32,895 bases of DNA, from positions 248,001 through 280,895 of the forward strand of contig JBDOQK010000046.1 in NCBI GenBank assembly GCA_040437565.1. Reading direction: 5' to 3'. This DNA is from Albugo candida. Lineage: Eukaryota. A model generated the notes under the pieces. It had not been told where the DNA came from, made no database searches, and worked only from the letters and a program-made list of their open reading frames with translations. How positions within the stretch are numbered: the stretch's first letter is position 1; each line of letters begins with the position of its first letter. Made by a program: the position numbers and the translations under genes. Below are positions 1 to 11,694 of the stretch, one piece after another.

Positions 1-2089
1 GAAAACTATCAACTTACTAGAGCTTGACCTGGACCTGAGCTAGCCAAAGTTGCGTTCCTCACAGGTGGCGCGGTATTGCCAATTTGCATCTACCTGAAGT
101 TATTTTGCATCTGAGTAGCTTGCCAATGATTACTTTTTCACATGCAAAGGTATCATCACTTTTCCATTTGCCACTATAGAAAGTAAGAGTAGAATGTGTC
201 GAGTGGAAAATGTCATATGCAATAGCCGATCACACTTGATACTTTCTGTGTATTAGCCAATCACTTCTCGATCGAAGTTGTTGGAGCAACAAATTAGGGT
301 GTGTATGGATGTCATTAGTTCGAAATGTAAAATCATATATGCAGTTTTCAAAAAAGAAAAAGTTGTGAGAGTAATAATCAAACTAGGCATACTGTAATTT
401 AAAAAAAAGGGGTATCAATACCCAGATTTGATTTGAAAAAAAAATTGTCGGGATCTCAATACCCTTTCAATGTTCGTGTATAAAATTGAACCGATTTTTC
501 GGAAGTATGTTTGGCTTTCTTCCACAGGAATACACAACACTCGCAGCCCTAGCTCACAAAATTCACAAGCTTATACGGGTAGATCGCAGGTCGTGTATGT
601 ATGGATACTTTGTCTTCCAAATCCAATCAAGTAATAAATTTTCGCTCTATAGCATTCCTTGACGAACAAGTCTTATGTATCCTATCGAATGTCAGTAAAT
701 CATGATTGATCATGGATACATATGTAATCATTTGGCGTTGTGCAGACGGATGCTAAGCTTAAATGGTACAAGCTGGATAATAAATCGTGCTGTCAAGTCC
801 CAAGTGTGACAAGCGTGGATTAGTATGAGGATATACTTTGAGTTCCGGGCTCTTATCTGCAATCCTAGTATATGAGAATGGAATAATGGTATGCGACTCA
901 GTATGTTCCATTTCTACAGTATTAAAAGTAGAAANNNNNNNNNNNNNNNNNNNNNNNNNNNNNNNNNNNNNNNNNNNNNNNNNNNNNNNNNNNNNNNNNN
1001 NNNNNNNNNNNNNNNNNNNNNNNNNNNNNNNNNNTAAATCGTGCTGTCAAGTCCCAAGTGTGACAAGCGTGGATTAGTATGAGGATATACTTTGAGTTCC
1101 GGGCTCTTATCTGCAATCCTAGTATATGAGAATGGAATAATGGTATGCGACTCAGTATGTTCCATTTCTACAGTATTAAAAGTAGAAAATGAGCTTTCTG
1201 ACATTACGCCACCGAGATCCCGAACGGATTTAGGAATGAGTATGTGTCTAGGTATTCAAGGATGTATGGGTGTGTGTTTTGAATGTCTTGGATACAATCG
1301 AAAAGTGTGTCTTATACACGAATTTACTATGTTGGAAAGCGAGATGTAAGCATTTTGTTCGAATCAAACCTTCTTTCGATCATAGTCCTGCGGGAAGGTG
1401 ATACAATACCATACTCAAGAAAAACTTGACGCATGAAGCTACTTTTATTGTACCTTCTATCCTTCCTTTCAGCTATATGTGCTTGAGTCATAAAATCACA
1501 TCAATGAATAAGCTGATTTCAAAAATAGTCAGCCATCAATCAATAGTATGTTGAACGCTCAGTTGGCGACATCGAGTCCGTGTGATTTGATTGTAGCTAT
1601 CGTGATCTTCTACGATCTGGATCAATCAATTTATATGCTGTAGATATGCTGAAGAAGTAATTTATATTCGGCGCGAATATGTGCTCGCATTGCTTACACG
1701 CATGAATTCTCTTTATTCAAAGCCAAAATTCTCGGCTGAGGATTGCTGTAAATCAGCTAGGTGCTAAGCCGTCATAGCATCTCAGCTGTGCTAGAATATG
1801 CTATAGTTGACATTAGAACGTGAGTGAAGAGCTTTCAATTAGATCCAGTAAGGTAAACTCGAACTGAATTTTTCTCCAAACCGCTTGCAAAATCCGCTTT
1901 GCTGCGATTCTGGAAACGATGTCGGTGATGGGTTTTAGATTTGATGGGACACTATTGATCTAATACAATTGATGTCGTTTATTTGCATTGCCTGCTTTAA
2001 TAACAGGTATCACGAAAAGCGGAACTACAAGGACCGGTTGCAAAAAATGAGAACACTAAAAGATAAAAACTTGAAACGAGCGAATCTAC
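1..2089 (-). pseudogene. Decayed secreted-protein-like gene, copy A (appears to run off the left end; interrupted by an assembly gap)
   Basis: The minus strand reads (V)DSLVSSFYLLVFSFFATGPCSSAF from 2089, which is signal-peptide-like but lacks an ATG. Later fragments are ACKQCEHIF, MADYF*NQL and DCIQDIQNTHPYILEYL, with many stops and frameshifts. Motifs are shared with copies B and C. Boundaries are approximate. Confidence 0.45.
781..1188. other. Assembly gap (935-1034) flanked by an exact 154-bp duplication (781-934 = 1035-1188)
   Basis: Identical sequence taaatcgtgc...gtagaaa on both sides of 100 N, typical of an unmerged contig overlap. Confidence 0.9.
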
Positions 2090-2279
2090 CGAATTATGTT
2101 GTATGCACTGTCGATGCGTCTCTGGCTCCTATGAGATGACAATCAGGTTGTCACGCTTTTGACGATTCTATCAAAAGATGGATTCATCACTACAGTAAGT
2201 GAACATACGAACACTACAAACAAGTTATTTAGACCATCTTGATGGATTCAAATGCTAATTCATCTCAATAGTCGGGCTT

Positions 2280-4990
2280 CATGCTGGGTATTGGATTGAT
2301 CGTTTTTTCACCTTCATTACTCTTATCTCGGCTGGAATGATCTTGCTACCAGTCGATATAGTTGGAGCCTTAATATTTGCACAGCTTGCCAAGTTGACAC
2401 ATGGACCAAGACCCGAGTTATTCACCAAAATGTCTATCTCGTTGAATTGTAATTGGAACGAGTGTTGCATATTTACTTGGGGCTGCAGAACCATTACAAT
2501 TAGCGCTGAATGTAATCATATGACCTTTCTTCTCTCTTTGCCGAAATTCCCACTTTGTGCGAAGACCATGGATTCGTATTTGGTTTTAATGGACAAGGAC
2601 CTATTGTTTTCTTGTGGTTTGTGGTCATTTTACCATCCATTCTTTGTAGATTGCTCGGATCATTTCGATTTGCTTCGTATTCCACGCTCCTCGAATAAGA
2701 TGATTTGTAAACATAATTTGTATAGCCGTACGAGTGATCTCCTTTCGCAAGATTACGCTGGTTTGATGGTTTGAGAATTCATAAGCTCCTTTGGCCTCTA
2801 TTTTTGCTGGGAGACGTCTAAGCAATCACCGAGTGGTCACTTATGTCTGGGAACTTCTTTTCCAAGGCTCATGGGATGGGCTCTCGATGGTGGTTCCATG
2901 ATAAATCACCATGGAATAACTAGTTGTTTTGCTACTAATATATTATACACAAGATGTGAACGTCATGGTCAATGAAAACCGCATTTTCGGCAAGAAAACC
3001 AGTATCGATCTCGCCCGAGGAAATCTGGAGGCCCTGGCAGAGGTCCTAATGTACCGTAGATGCGCGTTTATCAGCTTTACTTTATCTCGGTTAGATAGGA
3101 GAATAGAATATCTTGATTGTACCAAGTACTTTTTGGTTCTGGGAGGCTACATGCTTATCTTCAACCGACACGTTCCTTCGGTACTACCTTTTTGGTTGTA
3201 CTGCAGGCTAGGCGGAGACAGTTCGGATAGGTGTCGTCACTTATCTATCAGCCGGAGATTAGAAAAGCTGCCTGGAGGTTTTTTGGGATTGAGATAAAAG
3301 TAATTCTCATGACTGAGGTTTTCGCGTATGGCTGGGTTGCGTGATGAACATTCAGGGTAATCTTTTTGGAAACATACTCGGCAATTATTGGACCATCTTC
3401 ACCAATTCGGTTGGCACATAGATGTACGATTGTTTTTGTGCGGCCTGGAGATGTGTAGAATATATGCAGCATCGCTGTCATGTAGACATCAATATAACTA
3501 ATACGAGGCTCACAACGATAGGTTGAGAAGAAGTACGGGATGCCTTTGAGTATATTTGTAGTGTACCGATCATTAGCGCATTCTAAACCCTTGTGAATTA
3601 TTTTGATCGCTTCAATAATATTATCCGCTTAGCTTTATGAATATTGACCTTCATTTACTTCTCCTTATAAGGTTCGAAAAATTTTGGATTGCTGAAGCCA
3701 TCGACTCGTCTTGTATTTTTTCGTAACTCAAACATCAGCGGTTGTCGATTCATCCCATATATAAGAAAATTGGCGGACTGTTTGCACGATTTGAGTACTA
3801 AGCCGTTTTATTTTTGCCTAAGATCTGGGCAATTACTTTTCGGAGTCATTTCTCTGTACGGGGGCCAATGTATGTAGGATAGTACCAGAAATATCAATTA
3901 TACGTCGAAGCAAATTTGTGAAGTGCACGTCACATGCTCTACAGTACGTATAATTGAGAGCCCGGTCCTGTCCTCGAATACATTTTCCGTGCTGTAATGC
4001 TGTGCGAGCGTGTTTCTATAGGAAGTTGTTTGCCCACTAGGCCAGTGCAATTTGCAATTTTGTATCCTAGAAAATATAAATAAGACTGTAGAATTTCCTT
4101 AGTGTTTCGCTGTTAAAGTCCGCCTTCAATATCTATGAATAAGAGCTGCTGTCCAAAACTTTGGATGTGTTGCTGAATAGTTTTGTTAAATGTCTTTAAA
4201 AATGATGTTGAGCTTCCCATGCATTTCGTATGTGGCGAAGTATCTGATTAATGATGATTGCCATAACAATTTTGATTCGTCACACGGCAACGGGGTTTGA
4301 TTATTCATAGAAATGGAATATCTTTAGACTTTTTCAGGCTGGATATTTTAAACATGTAGTTGGGTATAGATGAAGGGAGATGAATGAATTGATGTGTGTA
4401 ATTTTGATATCACGGAAGGAACACACGCCAATTTTTTATCGAGTGCGTTCCTGCCCTATATATTCTCCTTTATACTCGTTGTTACCCACGAACTTTTTAT
4501 GGGCCGAGTTGAAGGGTCTTGATCTATCTGATTAAACAAACAGTCGGCAATATGTGCTTTGGGGACTCTAAGTCAAGTACATCATCACTGCAACCACTGA
4601 ATTTTCTTACTAACCTATGCGAACAAAGGCACATATTGGCAAATCCTGTAAGTAAAAAAGAAGAACAGGACACAAGAACCGATCTTGATGCACTTTAGAA
4701 AATGATTGTTGCTGACGGTTGATACGCCTTCGACGAAGTGAGCAGAAAGAGACGTCTTAGATCAAACATTATCGTACATGCCTCGCTAAAAGATATCGTG
4801 TTTGTATTCCAAATAGGTTCGCTTGCCCGTCATTGTTTCTGGTCAGGAGACTATAGCATCGATTGGGGTATGATGAAACTATTCGAAGACGCAAACAGTT
4901 CTTGAAGTGGTTGGGAATACTCATGCAGTAAGTTATTTGCATGAGTGATAGCAAAAGAACTATAGTTGCAGCTTAGAGACTATATTGCAT
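2280..4990 (-). pseudogene. Decayed secreted Cys-motif (effector-like) gene, copy B
   Basis: ATG at 4990 gives MQYSL*AATIVLLLSLMQITYC-MSIPNHFKNCLRLRI, a signal peptide with a TAA at codon 6 (4975-4973), in frame with ORF 4769..4954. Downstream fragments are IADCLFNQI, HPK/VLD (frameshifted), YCRAC and YPNCLRLAC. The short minus ORFs 3248-3481 and 2625-2825 probably belong to it. The 3' end is approximate. Confidence 0.6.
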
Positions 4991-5239
4991 TGGCTTTTCC
5001 AATATATATGTCGGCTGTAATTCATTTTGGAAGGTGATAGAAGATTTACCGTGATATTGCTTAGGGAGGAGACTCATCGCTATTCTAAAAAGTTGCCGGT
5101 TTGACTAACGAATTATATTCACTTTTCTCAATATAAGCGACTTCGTGGCTATGGCTCGCACAAGAATAATGACAAGTTCAACTAATGCGGTACTTCAGCT
5201 TACAGATAGTTGGGCTATTTTCGTCCTTTAAAACAACGA

Positions 5240-6161
5240 TAATGCGATCAGATCGCCTTAATTAGTAGAATGCACTGAATTTGGGAGCAGAAACGTCGTG
5301 CATCATATCACAATGTATATTCATTTCATTCGTGGATTATATAGAAGATGTTTTCTCCATAATCATTGATTCTTTATACAAAAGGACGTAAAAATATTTT
5401 TATGTTTCTCCATAACCATCAAGGTTTCAGAAGTCTAATAGTTTTGTGACACTTGTCATGCTCCGCACGAGAGGACAAAAGACAAATAAGATGTCTCGCA
5501 CAAATGAAGAATATCTTCTACATCGAAAGAGAAATATTGTACGAATCAGAAATACTCACTCTGCCATTGGGTGCGTGAGAGCTTACTTGAACCACTCACC
5601 AAGTCCTTAGATATCATACATCATGNNNNNNNNNNNNNNNNNNNNNNNNNNNNNNNNNNNNNNNNNNNNNNNNNNNNNNNNNNNNNNNNNNNNNNNNNNN
5701 NNNNNNNNNNNNNNNNNNNNNNNNNTGATATGATGCACGACGTTTCTGCTCCCAAATTCAGTGCATTCTACTAATTAAGGCGATCTGATCGCATTAATTA
5801 GTAGAATGCACTGAATTTGGGAGCAGAAACGTCGTGCATCATATCACAATGTATATTCATTTCATTCGTGGATTATATAGAAGATGTTTTCTCCATAATC
5901 ATTGATTCTTTATACAAAAGGACGTAAAAATATTTTTATGTTTCTCCATAACCATCAAGGTTTCAGAAGTCTAATAGTTTTGTGACACTTGTCATGCTCC
6001 GCACGAGAGGACAAAAGACAAATAAGATGTCTCGCACAAATGAAGAATATCTTCTACATCGAAAGAGAAATATTGTACGAATCAGAAATACTCACTCTGC
6101 CATTGGGTGCGTGAGAGCTTACTTGAACCACTCACCAAGTCCTTAGATATCATACATCATG
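5240..6161. other. Assembly gap (5626-5725) with direct duplication (5261-5625 = 5797-6161) and a fold-back palindrome (5726-5846)
   Basis: Exact duplication with offset 536. The post-gap 5726-5796 is the reverse complement of 5240-5310. Confidence 0.9.
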
Positions 6162-7974
6162 AAGCAACGTCAGAACTAAGAATCTTAGACACTCAGCTTC
6201 AGCTACTGGTAGAGATAGAGCATGAATCGGCCATCTTCGAAGGGATGAGGCGGAGCTACCAGCGTCTGAGTGGCATCAGATGATAGACTGTAGTCTAGAT
6301 CTTCTGATACCTGTTCCAGGACGCAACGTACAAAGAACGGTTCCGAAAAATATGGCTTCATCAAGATATCTCAGAAACGCGTATTACCGATATGCGAAGA
6401 TGTACAACTATTTCTATACTTTCGGATCCTGTCAGTTCGATCTCGATCCTAATATTATTCATATAATCAGGTCGGCAATACATTGTTGAATCAGGCACTG
6501 TGTGAGACGGTGAAATTCAAGCAATATTTCTTTATGTTACCACTCACCATATAATATGGCGGAGCTCTATCCATCATATATTCTATATACATTCTCCCTA
6601 CCGCTATTGACGAATATAGCGTGTGTTATTCTACCTTAAATCAAGACGGAATGATAGGATCCTTCCCGGATTTTGCCCTATGACTTGCATTGCATACAGT
6701 ACCACTCCTTTTTGACTAAAGCAATCATAACTTTGAATTTTCGACCAGCAATAAGCTATTTTGACAACTTGAGCGCTTTTCGTGGTATGCACCATTTCTT
6801 GTATGCAACTTTGGCGACGGTAGTGTCACCATAAGGACGAACGCAATCATCTCGCAAAGCTGTTGGACCAATTCGCAAGAAAAGTATCATTCGGTGATAT
6901 TTTTCACAATGGAAGGTTTTTGCTGGGAGTAGGGCTCGTGTTAGTGCAAGTGCAACTCATACCACGGTTTTCGGATGGCTGGGTTTAGCCTCGCGTGGAG
7001 ACCATCAATCTGGAGGAACCAAACTTTCAAATAATTTAGTCGTTTCTTTCACATTAATTCTACATACAAGGAAGTCATGCGGAAAGACCTCTGGGAGTTA
7101 AGAATATGTATTGCTGTTTGTTGACAGTCCCCCTTGCGGTTTCCTGATCCCACAATAATACTAGACTGTGTCCAGCTTGAGGTACCGTGTTCACCATTCG
7201 GTCTCCACCACACTGAACCGAACAAAGCCTTCCAACAAGGACTTAAATAGGATTGCACTTCAACATCGATTTGTCGGTGCTACACCCGAAGCAATGATCG
7301 CAAGTCCTGAAAAGGTAGCCGAATAATTCTTGGTTCGCGTCTAATCCAGCACCTTTGGATGCTGAACGCACGCATCTTTGTCGTACCGAAAGTATGCACC
7401 ATACGTGGTGTAGATGACGTAGAGGGCTGGAATCATCAGAGTGTGCTGAATTTGTTCCAAGCAAATGACGGTTCCGATCAACCTGGACGTCTAGAGCAAT
7501 AGCAAATGCAATTTTTTTCTAAACGGAGACGATAGATTGCCCAAGTCGAGAATACTTCCATCTGTAGTTGTGCAATGTGTTCGCAGTCGAAATAGAGATG
7601 TTGCTTTGATTCCACTGCTACACAAGAAGGCTGAGGGCTTAACATAATGTCGAATTGAAGATTTTATCAAAAAGCAGTCAAGTAGCATCATATTGGAGTA
7701 GTTGCTTGCCATTGACTATGTGATAGAAAATGCTCCAATCCATCTGGCGCCACACTATGAGAGCTGGGTTTCCATAATAATATGTTCTCTCCCATTATAT
7801 CGCTTTTCCATTCGGTGCTGCGCGGTGGTAATCATGTCCATCGATTTGTGTCGTCACAGAAAGTTTGAAATAGTTGTGATAATTCTATTAAAGCAGTTGT
7901 TTAATGCGGAGGAAGAATCGGCGAAGCTTTGGGCTGCGAGCTGCTATAATAACACAATGCATTGTAGCTTCTAT
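6150..7974 (-). pseudogene. Decayed secreted Cys-motif (effector-like) gene, copy C
   Basis: The minus strand reads KLQCIVLL*QLAAQSFA-DSSSALNNCFNRII, a signal peptide with a disrupted start. It continues in frame through stops into ORF 7491..7712 (LLDCFL), then ACVQHPKVLD, TCDHC, LTQCLIQQC and AECLR. The 3' end is uncertain. Confidence 0.55.
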
Positions 7975-8217
7975 CTACTCTTCCTTTTACTGATCGAGTA
8001 CGAATAGATTTAGCCTTGATCCTATCAGCACTTCAGCCGCAAATAGCGAGCATCAATACATACTTATCAGGTTTTACATAGCATTCATAGAGTTTTTGTT
8101 TGCATACTTATCGATCATAGCCTAGGGATTTGAAAAATTCCATGTCTAAATCTGGTAATGTAGATAACTTCAACAATATTACCCGCTCTAGTGTTTTGAA
8201 TCTAAGCATGCGGTCGA

Positions 8218-11132
8218 TCAAAACCTTTCATATGGGACTTTAAATTCATCGGCATTCTTGTCCAAAGGACTGTCAATACAATAGAAAAGTGCATATTTCT
8301 TGCGAATCTTTTGAATATTCCCATTTAAAGCGCGACGAATGGGGACCAAGTAAATGCTTTGGTCAAGATCAGTCGTTCTTCTATCAGAATGTGATTCCAA
8401 TGGTGCGGCGAACGGGTCAGATGTCACCCACGTTGTTTTCGATAGATCACTAGACGTGCTTCCACAGGCTTTTAAATCTGATGGTGGATGATTTGCAAGA
8501 AAGGTCCAGAAGCTTAACAAAATAGACCGAACATCCAATGAATTTAAGAGAGGTAGCAAATATTGTGTTTGTTGCATCATAGACGCTGGAAACCACTCCG
8601 TCCATCGAAAAATCTCAACAAGTTGGTATGTAAGGTGAAGTTGATAATATGGTTGCAAATATGGCGGAATCTCGCGCTGGACGGGTTCTGTTGTACCTTT
8701 TACAGAATTCCAGTACCCTATGAGTACTACCAGAGCAGACTTTAGCAACGGTAAAAGCTTTCGTGGTAATCCTAAATCAAGTTTTCGACTTGTGGCAACT
8801 ATAAGCCGAATAAGTGGAAGTGAGATAGGACAATGATGAAGCCATTGCTCCATCCGCACGTCGACGTTAAAATGGGAACGATTGGGAAGTATCTCTTTGT
8901 AGATATCATCACTTGGAATGCCACAACAGGGAAGAAACCGTTCCAACAGAGTATCAATAAGCTTCGTAACGTCACTTTCTAATCGAAATTTTGACAGTCC
9001 GAAAACACCATTGCAAATATTACTTTGTAAAGTGTGTAGTGCTACCATCGCACATCGCTGAGCTACTAATAACTCTTTGATTGAGGCATCTTCGTCTTGC
9101 ATAACAGCCGCCACGGGTCTCGAAACGGGATACGAAGTGCATTTCGAGCTGATTGTACGCTCATAATCAACATTACTCATATCAACTGCTTCATCGTCTT
9201 TGTAAAAGGAAGGAAAACAGCAGGTAGAACTGGCGGAGAATACATGATTTATCCATAAATCTACATAAGCCGTGAATGCAGATGAACTGATACCCTTTGT
9301 GATGTTCTCTGTTTGGAAAATACGCATTTGATAAGTTTGAATCAAACTTATTTGGCGTAAGGTTCTCTGTCGTAATCCTAAATCCTTGTTATCAATATTG
9401 AGCCATCCCAATTGACGCTTAAATGCGGTAAAAAGTCTGTAAATTCCACAATATCGTCGCGTAGGATTCTGAAATGACGGAATTGGCAGCTCCCGAAGAA
9501 GCTCAAGGCTAATTGTAACAACCTCGCGTTCATGTGAGCACGCAAAATCCAAGGCTTTCTCCCAAAACATACGTCCGCAGCAGTCCAGCCAATCGTCGGA
9601 ATGTGTCCATAGTATCTGGAGATTGGGAGGAATTATAAAATCCTGATTATCGTGTTCTCTGATAGCATCGGATGATAAAGGGAGTTCTACAAAGGGGCTT
9701 CGGTGGTTGAGTGAAATACGAATCAAACTAAACATTCGTCGCAATTTCCCCGGTGTTGATGTCGTTCTCAACGTAGTAAGAAGATACACGAGGAAAGTAT
9801 GATATTGTTGGGAACATTGCCACGCGAGGCGCTCTATGAAATCAGACCAACAAATTAGTTCCCAACGCAAAATCAGATACTCTTTTTGATCGCTTTCTTG
9901 TGTTCGTTGTATCATCTCTGGGATTATTAATGGCGCAAAGGTGCTTCGTGTTTCAAATCCTGCATGTAGTATCTCCAGTCGAGTTAATTGTACAAGGATC
10001 TCGAATGCAAGTTTTCGACTTGATTTTCCTAGTGCTCCCAGCCAAAGTTGCCATACACTATCCCCTGAGACGTATCGATGTCTCGAATCCATCATCTTTT
10101 CGCACAAAAGAGATATTGATGGACGAAGATTGGAAAGTAAAGAAAAACTCTTTTTGGTCAAGCAAAGACTTTCTGATTTACAGCATTCGTCAGCGAGCCT
10201 GGTATGCAACGCTGCGACACATTGCGAGAGCTCTACATCGTGCTGATTGATGAGCTTGTCGAATAAATCAAGCAATTGTACACTTGAGCGTCGTAGGTGA
10301 CTACTCTGGCAAATCCGTAATAGCTGCGAGCTAAGTGAGTCTTCAAATGCTAGCAAAGAGCTATCATTTTTGGATGTAGGCATCGTCATGAGCTTGATAT
10401 ACATGGCTCTTATATCTTCCGCTGATAAAATCCACTCCATTTGACCATCAATGGCAGCAAGAATTCCAGGTGCCTCTAAAGAAACTGTGCCAAGCCTCAA
10501 TAAAACATTACGCCACGATGTTTTTCCAGAGAATATAGATGAAAGGTCAGGCAGACTTCCAATAATTCGATTTACAAGTGTAGCAACTTCGAGAGGGTAC
10601 TTTTGCGAAAAATACTGCAATAATGGGAGCAAAGTTGTCTTCTCTTTAAGGAAAACATTTTGTTCTGAAGTAATCGCTTGTTCGAGTAGAAATTGCAAAA
10701 GTAATGTAACATAGTTGTTTCCAAGAAACGCAAATATCCAACACCATCTCAAGTCATCCGTAACGATCTCGGGACTCCCATTGGTAGAGACTGAAAGCAT
10801 CCATTGCAGTAATTGTAGCAAAAATTCTGTTCTCATCTGAGTTGAGTAGCAGCATGAGCATAATCGATCTAGTATTGCCACCAATCGGCTATAAAGTGCG
10901 TGTTTTTTTACACAATTGATTGTATTGTCATAATCAATAACCTCTCCATTTTCGCTGGGACACATTACAATGTACTGCTGAATGCAATCTTGTGAATCCA
11001 TCCAAGCGAGTAAGTCAGTGCACAAAGTGATAAAATCGTGCATCAGAGCTAGAGAATATTCGGATTTTTCGTACAGGAGTTGGATGTACTCGTCAATGCC
11101 GAGCAATTTGGCTTCCATAGTAGCTTTTCGTT
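8218..11132 (-). CDS. INTS5: Integrator complex subunit 5-like protein, large terminal exon
   Basis: Uninterrupted 966-aa helical ORF. Its C-terminal blocks DVRMEQWLHHCPISLPLIRLIV, LLKSALVVLIGYWN, DVRSILLSFWTFLANHPP and YLVPIRRALNGNIQKI match, in order, the animal INTS5 C-terminus as I recall it ([69 protein letters not shown]). An AG acceptor ending at 11133 extends the exon in frame (ERKAT-MEAK). Confidence 0.8.
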
Positions 11133-11191
11133 CTTACACCGACACGCAATTATTAAGTAACAGCTTATGCGTAATGGGGGAATTGGCATAC

Positions 11192-11330
11192 CTTTATCGT
11201 ATTTTTCTTTGATTTGCGCTGCAGTCAGTTGCTTCTGACGAGATGTTTTTGCCTTTTTGGATTTCTTTTGTGCCAGATTTAGCGTATAACGGTTGTATGC
11301 AAAAACTTCATTCTCTAAGAGGAGATATGA
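11192..11330 (-). CDS. INTS5: INTS5-like gene, predicted internal exon (SYLLLENEVFAYNRY...KEKYDK)
   Basis: 139-nt open exon. The upstream intron 11382-11331 is GTAAGA...CTGAT...TTGTTAG (52 nt, phase 0). The downstream intron 11191-11133 is GTATGC...TAAG (59 nt, phase 1). Frames join correctly on both sides. Confidence 0.65.
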
Positions 11331-11382
11331 CTAACAAGCTTGATCAGAGCGTATTTTTCTTCCATGCTCCAATATATCTTAC

Positions 11383-11694
11383 CTTTATGATCTGATAGAA
11401 GTCATACTGTAGCTTATTGATAACTGGATCTGTTAAATCTCGTAGTGATAATTCCTGAAAGTCTGCAGGCTGAGGGCATTCCGATAAAATACTTTGTTTT
11501 GTGACCAATTTATCGACGCGCCCCTCTTTCAATATATCTTGTACCATTGACTGAGCCCTATTTGGTAGATTAGAGTAATCATCGAGTGAATTTGCATCGT
11601 TCGAAGAAAGAATAGAGGACATGGAGAAGTCTCCACGGCATGATTTGATATCCATGACTTCACTCATTGCGGAGTTAGTTTCTTGGTCTTCCAT
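11383..11694 (-). CDS. INTS5: INTS5-like gene, predicted upstream exon (MEDQETNSAMSE...FYQIIK); the true start may lie in or beyond the gap 11702-11801
   Basis: Open frame ending at the AAG|GTAAG donor at 11383/11382. The joined model from ATG 11694 is about 1120 aa. Confidence 0.6.

Noticed and set aside
781..1188. Apparent tandem duplications around N gaps (also 5261-6161, 14932-15061, 27484-27687)
   Set aside because: They are exact copies abutting 100-N gaps, so they are unmerged contig overlaps and not biological repeats.
2337..3297. Plus-strand ORFs of 145 and 122 aa
   Set aside because: They have no recognisable motifs and lie antisense to pseudogene copy B.
8563..11212. Several plus-strand ORFs (8563, 9900, 9941, 10451, 10982)
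   Set aside because: They are antisense shadows of the long INTS5-like ORF and have no recognisable motifs.
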